A stretch of 64,000 nt of DNA. Source: Chrysomallon squamiferum (Eukaryota > Animalia > Mollusca). Each line of letters begins with the position of its first letter. Position 1 is the first letter of the stretch. The notes beneath the pieces are model-generated. The model did not search any database and was not told where the DNA came from. It was given only the letters and a program-made list of their open reading frames with translations. A program made the translations under genes and the position numbers. The stretch is taken from positions 4,960,001 through 5,024,000 of the forward strand of contig CM022679.1 in the NCBI GenBank assembly GCA_012295275.1. Reading direction: 5' to 3'. This document shows positions 1 through 18,599 of this stretch, in pieces.

Positions 1-71
1 TTTTAATGTTTAAAAACAACAAAAACAACAACATAGAGCCATAAAGATGGACTATCAAATAAAATATGAGA

Positions 72-107
<36 letters not shown>

Positions 108-350
108 TAATAATAATAAAAATAACATTGTTGGACCATCAAATAAAATATGGGAAATAATAATAATAATAAAATAACATTGTTTGACTACAATGAAATA
201 AATAAATTATTTGTCCTTTTTGGTTTTTAAAGATAGCATAGCTTAATCAGAAAATTAACTGAGAAAGACAACAGTATTATACTTATAGGTAAGTAAACAG
301 GTAAATAATAATTAAATAAATAAATTGAAAGAAGATAAAATGGGTTACCG

Positions 351-6723
<6,373 letters not shown>

Positions 6724-6736
6724 ACTTTTGATATAG

Positions 6737-6745
6737 GTCACGTGC
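6737..6745. promoter_or_regulatory. CLEAR/E-box (GTCACGTG) immediately upstream of the CLCN7 start codon
   Basis: GTCACGTGC about 14 bp upstream of the ATG; matches the TFEB/MITF CLEAR element typical of lysosomal gene promoters. Confidence 0.6.
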
Positions 6746-9016
6746 GAAGTTTCGCTTTAAGTTGATTACTAGATAACAATTTCGACCCTCTGAATAAAAG
6801 CACCTTCTTTAATCTCGATGGTGCCGTCGGCATGAATCATATAACTTAATAAATGGCTATGCTTACTTATAGAATTATCTGACAGAATCTTGTGAAACTA
6901 ACCGACATCTGTGGTTTTGGGAACTGCTGAAGTTCTACAATGCTGGCTAAAATTGGATTCATCCTAGCATCGTAAACATAGAATTACAGCCCATTTAAAT
7001 TCTTTATGTTAAATAGCCTGCATTTATTTATTTATTCACGATGTTCTTGAAGGCTATAAGTATACAACATTAATCTAATCTATGTGCAGTAATTATTCTT
7101 AAGAAAAAGAAAAGTCCCCTAGTACATAATCCTAAACAAATTATTTACTTTAGTTTACTAAATTTTACATCTTTTTTCTGGTATGATTCTACTGAGTATT
7201 CTGAAAGAAATCATAATCGCTATCAGCGAGAGAGAAGCAGACGACAATCTGTCCATCACTCATTCCAAATGTCTAGTAACCACATCTGTTAATACAGTTT
7301 CATTAATATAACAAAATATAGAATATAAAATGTTATCTCTAACAGAACAAAAATGTACATATCTAATAATATAAAAATACAGTTAATATTTCAAAAAATA
7401 TTAAATATATATTTACACATAAAAACTGATTTACATGAATTTAAATTAGTAAAAATAATTTTTAAAAAAGAATGAAACCAACAAAATAAAAGTTTAGAAA
7501 AGTGAAGAAAACTATAACAATAAATAAATAAATAAATAAAATGTTAAGAAAATGCACCTAATAAACAGCTGTGATAAAACAAGAGGTACACACACACACA
7601 CGCAAACTAGAAAAGCTTCCAACCTGATTAATAGTGAAAATTACAAAACAGAAATAAAACACAATTTAAAAAGAAAATTAATATCAGTGTTCAAAACCAA
7701 GCTAGTGTTATTATTGAGAATATAAAATCTTCCTAATTAACTTTGTACAGATGTTTCTCCACTAAATAATTTTATCTAAATTAATATCAATAAAAACCAT
7801 CCAAAACTCTGGTTTAACTGTTGTGGAGAAAAAATTCAGTTAATCATGGTAATGTCTGTGGTATCTTTGTTATCATTAAGTTTATGTTCGCATCAGGGTC
7901 AGAGAGGGTGGAAATGCACTGAGAACACTGAAGAGAGACTTGTAACATTTAAGTCAGATAGTGATCCATAAATGCAGTTGTCCCTCAGTTCATGATTTGG
8001 TAAATGCTGTTTTGTACAGCCTCCAACAATGGTTGACATGCAAGTCTGGTTAGATCACTCTGTGAGGTGCTGATGACCATTTAGTAGTATCTGTTTTTGT
8101 ACCTCCTAGCACTGTTCACATACGTTAATTATTCCTTGCCAGCAAATGATACTGTGGGCTTGTATCATTTGTCACAGTACGTGTGTCTGTTCCACCACTG
8201 TATTATTTTCGTTCGCAACCTGATCAAAACTCGACACCTAACACATGCATAACAAATTCATTTCAGTGGTTATAGAAATATTTCCAATCTTAACATATTT
8301 TCTTTTTTAGTTTTTCCTGTGATTTTTCTGCTAAATTTAGCAGAACCGAAAGCTTCTATTTCATGAAATTCAGTTTAAATGTGGTCAAACTGACAAATAC
8401 ATTTCTGTTCAGTATGTGGTTATAATATGTTCTATATATGCCTACAAACTTTTAGATAACAAGAAAAACAAACAACATCTTCATCGCCAATATAGCGTTT
8501 TTGTAAGCAGAAACAATTCAGATAATAAACCGAACAAACTTCTCATTTTATTTCAAGTGCGCATGTGCAAGAGGCAGGTGGCCGAACAACGGGACCAGTC
8601 ATTGTCATTGTCATTGAATAATAGTTGGAATATATAGCAACAACAAGAACAACAACAACAAAAGTAAGTAAATAAATAAATAAATAATTTAAAAAAAAAA
8701 GAAATAAAAAAACCCGATAATAAATATAATAATAATAATAATAATAATAAAGTTTAAGAAACAATTCGATTCTGGAATTTAAAACCTCTTAACGTGATTG
8801 CTCTTCGTATGGCTGATAACATTGGGCGTGAATTACCAACAACATCCACAATTCCAAATCGAAGGTTTATTTCACATCGAAATATTTTTCGCGATTCACC
8901 AAATTTGGATGGACTGTTAATTATGATGGTGTAAAGTTTCAGGGTTGCGGCGAGTGATAGTATTAGTATATGGCATTTTTTTCCATTTATTTTATTTTAT
9001 ACATAATTATATAAGA

Positions 9017-9395
9017 CATGTAAAGACCCTTAAATCCAAAAATTATACATATAGTTATATCAAACATGCTATAACACTTTAATACAAAGTTATACATGTA
9101 GTGAGTGTTATATTACGTATGTATGGACACTTAAACACAAAACCACATACAGCTATATTACATACGTGTAGACACTTAAATACAAAACCACACATAGTTA
9201 TATTACACATGTATAGACAGTTAAATACAAAACAATACATGCTTTTATATTATATATGCTTTGATACTTTAATACAAAGCTACACATATAGTTATGCTAC
9301 ACATGTGTAGACACCTAAATACAAAACCCCACTAGCTATTATATTATACACGTCTAGACAGTTAAATACAAAACCACACATAGTAATATTACGCA
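9017..9395. repeat. Degenerate minisatellite, ~8 copies of a ~45-50 bp unit
   Basis: Recurring unit like GTAGACACTTAAATACAAAACCACACATAGTTATATTACACAT; explains the repeated HLNTKPH in ORF 9101-9310. Confidence 0.85.
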
Positions 9396-9644
9396 TTTCA
9401 TTTTATTTTATTTTATTTTATTTTATTTCTAATGTGTATTACAATAAAATTTCTTTCACTGTATTTAACTTCCATCTCCCGTACAAACAGCAAAACATGC
9501 GCATGACGTAAACAAGAATTTTTGTCGTCATACGTTTCGCGGATAAAGTATAAAATGGAAGCTGAACATAAAATTTCGACATTTACAATTTCATATAAAC
9601 TGTTTGAAAAAAAGAAAAAGAAAGAAAAGAAATTAAAGTAAGAA

Positions 9645-9647
9645 CAT

Positions 9648-9687
<40 letters not shown>

Positions 9688-9740
9688 GCTGCTACTATTA
9701 CTACTGCTGCTGCTGTTGCTGCTGCTACTACTACTACTAA
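9645..9740. repeat. (ACT)n/(GCT)n microsatellite
   Basis: Direct trinucleotide repeats. Confidence 0.9.
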
Positions 9741-10174
9741 TATAAATTTGATAAACCCAAATTAAAATTTTGATATTTGAAAATAAACTATAAATAAATA
9801 AATAAATAAATAAATAAATACGTAAAAACATTTTTTTTTTATCTTGATGTATTATAAAAGTAAAGTAGTCTTAATAAATAAAAAAAAAATTCGAGAGTTT
9901 TGTATTTCAGTTATTGTTTTATTGATTTTCGAAAATTAACGATGTTCGCAGTCTTTTTGTTTTAAAATTATTTACGTTAGACAAAGTTTCGTAATATTTT
10001 CTGTTGTAACGGTGCTTTTTTAGTTATTAATTGAAAAGCATGCAGTTATACTTGAATACTGTACGAAAATAGGCCTACTAACTGAGAGACAAAATGTTTC
10101 GGAATTTAATTACCGAAATCAAAAGACTATAAAGAATTCAGTATGTACTCTTCGACCGCAGATGTTTTAAATAG

Positions 10175-10292
10175 AAACACAGCCAAACGGTATAAAGCGT
10201 TTTGGTGTTGTTTATGACGTTGGTGCCATCAGTGCTTTCTTTCGCGTCCGGCCTGCGAAGTATTATAAATAGCAACGTCGCTAATAACGTCA
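10175..10292 (+). promoter_or_regulatory. Histone-H1-type promoter of the PL gene: H1 box, CRE-like sites, TATA
   Basis: AAACACA (H1/AC box) 10175-10181, TGACGT 10215-10220, TATAAATA 10264-10271, ACGTCA at ~10287-10292; ATG at 10310. Confidence 0.6.
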
Positions 10293-10309
10293 GACAATAG
10301 TTCGCACTG

Positions 10310-11056
10310 ATGGCCGGTTCAAGGATCACTAGATCTCGTTCGAGATCTATGGCATCGCGATCACGGTCAAGGTCCAGACGGAAATCCGTATCGATGTCTA
10401 GATCTAGAAGTCGATCTAGCTCGGCAGGAAAACCAGCTGATGCGAACTCTCGCCATTCGCCATCAGGGGAACTCCCACCGGCTATGGTGCTCAAGGTTGT
10501 CGACGCCATTACTGCCGAAAAAGACAGAAAGGGGTCATCTTTACACGCAATTCGTAAACGCATCGCAGCTAATGCTAAGACTATGCCAATTAAGCTGCTC
10601 AATGGACAGATTAAGAAAGCCATTAAAAGGGGTTTGAACAGTGGCTACCTTGTTCGACCAAAAGGATCAAAAGCCAGAGGTGCTATTGGTCGTTTCCGTA
10701 TTGGGAAAATCCCAGGATTCCATGAATCACGACGACATCGAAGGAGCGGATCTCACGGTGGTCATCACCGACGACATAAACGTCGTTCTCACAGCCGGAG
10801 TTCCAGTGGACATCATCGTCGTCATCGTCGTCATTCCAGGAGCAGGAGTAGCAGTCATTCGCGTAGTCGATCCCATAGAAGGCGGGGCAGAAGGCGAGGT
10901 AGAAGGCGAAGGCGACACGGTCGTCGTCATCGAAGAGGTAGATCACATCATCGCCGTCGAAGGCGTAGGAGAAGAGGAGGAAGGAGGAGTCATCGTCGAA
11001 GAAAAGGAAGGGGAAGGAAGGGACGTAAGAGGGGACGAAAGAAAAAAGGCCATTAA
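10310..11056 (+). CDS. Histone H1-related sperm nuclear basic protein (protamine-like, PL-I type), intronless, 248 aa
   Basis: RS-repeat N-terminus, H1/H5 winged-helix fold at ~aa 55-133 (VVDAITAEKDRKGSSLHAIRKRI...GYLVRPKGSKARGAIGRFRIGK), Arg/His/Ser/Gly tail; flanked by a TATA box and a histone stem-loop. Confidence 0.9.
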   Translation: MAGSRITRSRSRSMASRSRSRSRRKSVSMSRSRSRSSSAGKPADANSRHSPSGELPPAMVLKVVDAITAEKDRKGSSLHAIRKRIAANAKTMPIKLLNGQIKKAIKRGLNSGYLVRPKGSKARGAIGRFRIGKIPGFHESRRHRRSGSHGGHHRRHKRRSHSRSSSGHHRRHRRHSRSRSSSHSRSRSHRRRGRRRGRRRRRHGRRHRRGRSHHRRRRRRRRGGRRSHRRRKGRGRKGRKRGRKKKGH

Positions 11057-11082
11057 ATAAATCGCCCGACCACAAAAACAAA

Positions 11083-11118
11083 GGCCCTTTTAAGGGCCAC
11101 AAAATCATAAGAATGAAA
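11083..11118 (+). terminator. Replication-dependent histone mRNA 3' stem-loop with possible purine-rich downstream element
   Basis: ACAAA-GGCCCT-TTTA-AGGGCC-ACAAAA (stem-loop 11083-11098), 26 nt after the stop codon; AAGAATGAAA at 11109-11118. Confidence 0.9.
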
Positions 11119-11739
11119 TTTCTGTTCAGTCCTTCTTGCAAACAAATAATTGAAATAAATATAATAAATTTAAATAATAATGGTGGTGGTGGTGATGATG
11201 ATAATAACAATTATTATTATTATTACTGATAACTGCAACAACAACAACAACAACAATAATAATAATAATAATAATGAAGAAATTATAACCGAATTTAATT
11301 ATTAAAATATGAATTACTTCATATAACCGAGTCAATCCTCTCGTGAAAAACAAATGCAGGGATTCTGTAGTAAACATCTTTAGTATTTTTGTCTGAAACA
11401 AAACTAAAACAACAACAACAACGACGCCGATAATGACGATAATGGTGATGATACAAATATTTCATGCTTGCACGCATACTGTATATTCTCATATTCTTTG
11501 ATTCTATTATAATTATTATATTTAATCTTCCTCGAAGCTGAAGTATGTTCCTTCATATTCATTCGAATAAATACTGTTTATAAGTATTTTACATAAACCT
11601 TAATGTTAAAACTGTAACCAGCTTGACGTCTGTTTATAGAGGAAACTTGGGATTTAGTAATTAGACCTGAATTTTTATGTAATTATTATCCAGGGTGGTA
11701 ATGTGTGATTATTATATTCTAATGTTATCTCGGATCAGG

Positions 11740-11797
<58 letters not shown>

Positions 11798-11940
11798 CAA
11801 CAACAACAATATCATCACTAATAATAATAATAATAATAACAACAACAATAATAATAATAATAATAATAGCAGTAGTAGTAGTAGTAATAGTAGTGGTAGT
11901 GGTTGTAGTAGTAGCAGTAGTAATAATAGTAGTAGTAGTG
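11740..11940. repeat. Compound (AAT)n/(AAC)n/(AGT)n microsatellite
   Basis: Direct trinucleotide runs; source of the poly-I/V ORF 11695-11997. Confidence 0.9.
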
Positions 11941-12757
11941 TTAATGCACTTACAAGTCTTAAAATACCTATGTAGATTATGTTTTCATTCAGGCTGAGAT
12001 TCTATTTGTCTTCTAGACATAATAAATGAAAACAAATAATAACTTATTGTGGATAACACTGCAACACAGTTTTCTGGATTTCTGGACTATGGTTCGGTAT
12101 CTGTAATAATAAGATGTAGCAGAAGTAGCAGTAGTAGTTTCTATAGTTGTTGTTTGTTTCATTATTTATTATTGTTGTTGCTGTTGTTGTTCTGAACTCG
12201 TCTAATGAGCTGCAGCGAGAATCCCATTCTAACAAATGCCGCTTAAAGAGTTTATTGGTGCATGAAAATATATAAACTAGACTCTTTTTGAAATGAGGCA
12301 AAAACACTTAATCGCCGAGCAAAAACATTTGGGCAAGGAGTCTGGAGGCCTTAGACACAAACGAATTCATTTAGTGGATATTGTTTCTATCGGAATAGAT
12401 ATTTATATTTTATATTTTTTAAATAAAATCTTTGTATAAAAATATAAAAATATCGTCAATTTCGGTATGAGGCATTTGCCTCAATGTAGTTACGGCCATG
12501 ATATTTATTATTTTTAATCACACACATATTATTATTGTTATTATTATATGTATCGTTTTCTGTGTTAAGGACACCCTTTCTTATTAGAGTTGCGTTCCAT
12601 TTATTATATAGATGGCGCTATACTTGACTGATATCCTATCCTACGTTTTTCTCTTTTTTTGTTTGTTATTATTATTTTCTTACGGTACACTGGAGGAAAC
12701 GCAGTCTACTTATTTTAGCAAATATTTTGTTGGGTTGTTTGTTAGCAGTATACAAAA

Positions 12758-14595
12758 ATGTCTTACAGAGATTTAAGAAGTAAATATATGTTTGTTTATT
12801 GTTAGTGTAAAATCTGTAGCATTTAATGTTGCATTTTAGTGATATATTCTTTTATAACACTACATATTAAACATGAGACTACCATTAAATGATTAATCTA
12901 AGACTATGTTACGTATGTAATGGTAATGTGATTAATAGTATCACTATCAATGTATCATACTCTCAGTGTCCATGATATATAATACAGCATACTAATAACC
13001 AGATATAAGTGTTAATGTATGCATGCATTCTGACTTTTATATAAAACATTTATGTATTTATTTCTGATTTCATTAATTAATAGATACACATAAAAGTAAC
13101 AGTAATGCTAACAGGAATAATGAAATTGAAATCGAGTAAATTTAAATTACATTCTGTTCCATTTATTTGATGAAATATTTGATAGTTTTATTTCAGAACA
13201 AATTAAATTAGCTATTTAACAATTTATTATTATTATTGTTATTATTATTATTATTATTATTATTTTTATTTTATTTTTGTTAAAGATTTTACAGAGATGA
13301 TGAGAGCCCTTGGGTATCCTCGACTTATTTCAATGGAAAATTTTCGAACTCCAAATTTTCCATTAGTTGCAGAAGTTTTGAGATGGCTTGTTAAAAGGTT
13401 ATTGTTATTGTTATTATTATATGCTAAAATGAATGACTTAATTTTCATGTTCAAGCTAATGTTCCACAAATGGTATATAAAGGTTTAAGTATCAGTGTTT
13501 TCCTACATGACGATTTTGAAAGACATATATGCCATAATAGAACTTGTCATAATGTTAACAGAATGGCAAATATTCCTGTTAAATATGTAAGCTTAGATAT
13601 TTTTATTTTAAGAAAGTGAAATCTGTTATAAGCTTAGGACAGTGTGTTTGGAAAAAGTAAAAGTTAAAGAAAATTATTAATGCAAATTTTGAAATCAAAA
13701 TATGTTTTGATCAACAAAGATAATGATCAAAATAAATGGTTAAGAAAAATGAACTGTAATATTAAATTTATTTTCAGGTTTGATCCCACTGCTGATATGC
13801 ATCCTGATATTGATACAGAGCAAGACCGAGTTATTTTTATCAAATCTGTGGCAGAATTTATGGTAAAATATTTTTTATTTTGATACTACTTCCATCTTCT
13901 TAGCTCATATACTGAACTGAATATATCAGCTTATGATGAATATACTCAAACATTTTTATAAAATTCATGTTGAAAGAAAAGAAGAGACAACATGAAAATG
14001 TTACGAACAACCTATCATATACCTTCGAGATATTGATATCAAATGTTAATCTATTCTAGACATAGAGCCACATATCTTTGTCATAGAAACTGAAAAAGTA
14101 TGACTGCATGAAATGTTTTAGTACTAGTTAAAAAATCAACTTGTTTGGTTCATTGTGCAAGGTTACAGTTAATAAATTGTTTATTTAATTTAAAAAACCT
14201 CATTAAAATTATTCTTACAAAATAAACAGAAACATCACTTTGATTCGTTTTGATTGATATAAAAATAGATTTAGACTAGCATGTATATTTAAACATAATA
14301 ATTTGTCAATAATTTGTTTTTGTTTGTAGACATGACAGACACACTAATAATAGTGAATTAAGATGATACACACCAAGCTGTAGTTAGATTATTTCTTCAC
14401 ACAACCACATATATATATTATACAGTAAATTCCTGCCAGTGAGGATTTCCAAAATTCAACATTTTCACCAGACCTTCAACTGTGTCTTATTGATAACCTT
14501 TCTTTTTTTTCTTTTTTCTTTTTTATATGACAAATCACTATTTCCTACAACCTTAGACTGTCCTTATTATTTTTATTTTACGGTAACAAAAAGAT

Positions 14596-14635
<40 letters not shown>

Positions 14636-17600
14636 TTTGCTGGGAAGTATATATAATGTGTATTTAAGTAACTAGTGTGTTTATAAATGTTAATGGTTAT
14701 TTTCTTCATACAGGCAACTAAAGCCCATATTAAACTCAACACGAAGAAGCTGTATCAGTCAGATGGTTATGCTGTGAAGGAGATGTTGAAAGCAACATCA
14801 GTCTTGTACAATGCTATGAGAACGAATGTAGCACAAGCCCTTGAACAAAATGATAGTGATCCATTGGAAAATATTACCTTTGATATTTCCAGCAAGGTTT
14901 GTGTCAGTGTCATTTCTGTTTTATTTTTATGTCCGTTAGTATATTATTATTATTATTATCATCATTTGCTTTGTATATATTTTTATTAGTTTCTAATATA
15001 TAAGCCTGTAGACGTGACCAGTTCTCTTAAAAGATACACGAAGTAACAGTTTTTGAGTCTAGGTTATCTAGAAACTACAAAAAAAAAAAAAAAAAAAAAA
15101 AAAAAATTAAAGATGTTGCTGAAATTTCTATTGCTTTCTGAAGCTGACAATTTTTTTAACATGAAAAGGATGTTTTCAGCAAAATATAGAAAATGAAAAT
15201 ACATACAGGAAATATCTATTGTTCATGCATATGGCAGTGACTTAGTGTATCTTTCTTGGGAATGGGTCAAGAATTTAATTTAAATTTCTTGCTAATGCAC
15301 ACAAGCGCTGACTAAAGAAATGATTGCTTGTTTGAAATGAGATGTCATTTATTAGGCTTCTAATGTATATATTTTTAATATTTCTAATACAGATAATTAA
15401 TTTAAAAGAGATATAAGATACAGTTTGGAAAATAATCGCTTCCGTAGTTAACATTAGATTTATTTATAATGCTTGTAGCTTAGTTTGGTTTTCTCTAAGC
15501 TTAACTCTGTATAGTTTTCTGATTAAAATTTTGGTATTGTCTTTAACTGGTGAGGTTTAACTCTGTCTGTAAATAGTTAGCAATTAAATAATAATCATTT
15601 ATCTTATAAAGTCTAGAAAGTTTGTAAATAACTTCATATGTTGTAGTATTGTATATCTTTAAAATCAATTCCATTGTTAGATTTAACCAGTTTTATATTT
15701 AGCATGAATAGTTGATCTTATTTATTCAATTTCTTTCAATCCTAGATTTTAATTGATCTATGAAATTATGAAAATTTTTAAATATAAAATAATAAAGATA
15801 TCTGATATACTATTTTGACATAGTGGTTGTTATAAACAGGATATTATTTTCAGTTTTTAAAAACACACAAATAAAATGTTTTTTTATTTTAGTAATTTAT
15901 TTTATCTTATGTAATTATTTCATTCATTTTGGATTAGAATACTTAAAAAAAATTAATATGTTTAATGATGGTTAAATTTGCTTTTATTTAGAATATTTAA
16001 TTAATGTGAACTATTAAATATATATTTTTTTCCTTTCACTAAAAGCTATCTTCAGGATTATATGAGGTATTGTACTAGAGTAAAAATTAAGTACATTTTA
16101 TTTAAACCTAATTCACTTAGAAGAAAAAAAACATTACACTGTAGCAAACCTTTTGTGAAAACACTTCATTTTATTAAAAAACGTTTATATTTATATTTGA
16201 GGCTACTGTTTTAATTACATTTTTCGTATATATTGTATGTCACTGCTAACATTCTCTGCATCACAGTTTAAAAATAATTAGCAATTTAATTAATTCTTTT
16301 GATAATTCATTTAACCTAAATTAAGTGGGTTTTTTTTATTTGTATTTATATTTTCGTAAAAGTATGTTTAATCACATTTTTATATTATTATATATCTTTA
16401 GTTGATTTGATTCTAAATAGTAATATAACTGAAGGTAGTTATATGAAAATGTCTTTATTCTAATTCACTTAATCATATTGTTTTAAATCTAGCATTATAA
16501 AATATACTTACAAAAACAAGTTGTTAGGCTTGTTAGGATTGTATCACATATATTATAAATATGTACACAAATACATTCTCACTATTGCTTTGTGCACTAG
16601 ACAGTATAAATAGGACACATTAATAACACTAAAGTATGTCAGATGATAATATTTAATTTGAACTACATTTTGCCTCCGAACATTTCTGAGATTTTAATGG
16701 TAAGTATGAAGGTAAGTGGTAGAGTGGATGGATATATGTGGTATTCTGCCTCATGATTGGAAAAATTGTTTCAAAAAGGAATTGCTGATGCTAATCAGAC
16801 TTGGTTATCATATACTCTTAAACAATGTCTTGTTAGAATACCTAGTGATAACAAGTAGGAAGAATTGTTATGTATTTATGAAAAAGGTGGTGAGTAAATG
16901 GAAGGGAAAGAGCAGAAATTCAGGAAGACTGGGAAAGATTGAAAGAGAATGCTGTGTATTTTTATATGTTTGTTAAATGTTTCAATCAATCCTATGTTTG
17001 ATGCTGAACCCAAGTGTTAAAAATGCATCTTAAATAAAAGCAACTTTCAAGTTTTATTATCATTGTTATAATGGAGTTTTAATAATAGAAAATATTATTG
17101 TTTTTATTTAATGAAATAATATTTATGATCTCTGCATTATGATTGTTCCGTTGTGTCGTTGTTCGTGAAATAATGTTATAAAGTTTAGTGTTAATATTCA
17201 GACAAAGTTTCATCATTGTTTTTATCTTTACTGTTATCAGATTAATCCTTTGAAAGAAACAATGCATCTGTCTTTAAAATTCAAACAATGTTTCATGTTT
17301 GTTTTTGTTTTTCTGTTTTCAGATTAATGATCTCAAAGATGCGAGACGTTTGGCATCAGAAATCACAACTCGCGGAGCAGGCTTATATGACTTGCTGGAG
17401 AAAGAAGTTGATCTTAGGGTAACACACAGTTTTCTTTTTAATTAATACTTATTATATTCAACACCCATTTGAATGTAAATGTTATATGTGTTGTAAGTTG
17501 TTAGCAGGTGATTTGTGACATTATGTTTTTAATAATAAAATTTAACATCCATTTTTGTTTTTTCCTTCTTTGATAGTCAAAGTTTAACATTTTCTAATCC

Positions 17601-18562
17601 ACTGATTTGATGCCAACATGATTATTTACATTTTTAGCCTGTGTTTCATTTTCTTTTAGGATCTTTTTAATATTTAATTCTTTTTTTGTAATTTTGACTT
17701 TCAGGAACAAAGAGTTGCAGTTCTGGCAAGGACATTAGAAATAAATGAGGTTGAGAATGGTCTGCATTCATCCATAAAAGCAGTTGAGGTATGTTAATCT
17801 CAGCTTTTCTAAAATGTTAAAATTATATCTTATTTTCTGAATAATGAAAACAAAACTCAAACAATGTGTTTAGTTTGCATCTTCATAAAACTAATATGGT
17901 TAAGTGACTTAAAGCAATATGCCAGAATGACATTTTGTTTCTGTTGCTAGGAATAACAAAATAAATAATTTTTGTAGATGTTAAATGCCAACTGGTTCAT
18001 TTTTATTATTATAAATCTCATCATTATAATTTGTGTTTCTTTCACATGTTTGTTATTATTATTATAGTCATTGGCGTGTCTGTTACATTTTTATTGTTTT
18101 GATCACCAACATTATCTGTATCCATTACATTTTTATAGTTCTTAGTAATCATTATTGTCATCATTTGGGTCTGAATTATTACAGCAATCATCACCATTAT
18201 TAATATTATGACTGAAAAATATTATTATTTGTATCATTTGTCAGGCTGAGATAGCTAAAACTATGAACATGCTGGACAATGTGGCATCAGATGAAGCAAA
18301 CCTCGAAGCAAAGATTGAGAAAAAACGAAGTGAACTCGAGAGAAACCACAAACGATTAGCAACATTACAGAGTGTCAGGTGTGTGTTGTTTGTTTGTATT
18401 GTGAATATCTCTGCACTGGTTCACAGCACACTGGCAGAATGCCTGCCTGGACAGCGACTAGTTTTATGACTGGCTCTGGGCACTGTGGTGCAGAGCTTGT
18501 CTAGCTAGTTCTGTTAAAAATCAATCTTAAATTTTGTTATTTATCTTTGCCTTTATATTGTA

Positions 18563-18599
<37 letters not shown>

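Noticed and set aside
9017-9395. Repeat array superficially like CRISPR
   Set aside because: Degenerate tandem units without unique spacers, eukaryotic context, no cas genes.
10138-11210. Several overlapping antisense and alternative-frame ORFs over the PL gene (161, 139, 175 aa)
   Set aside because: Expected shadow ORFs of a GC-rich, low-complexity Arg/Ser/His coding sequence; no Lys-rich H1-like tail in another frame to support a frameshift origin.
11695-11997. Poly-I/V, poly-F, poly-N, VC- and HT-repeat ORFs here and elsewhere (e.g. 18534-18899, 28078-28577, 54300-54686)
   Set aside because: Translations of microsatellites and homopolymer runs.
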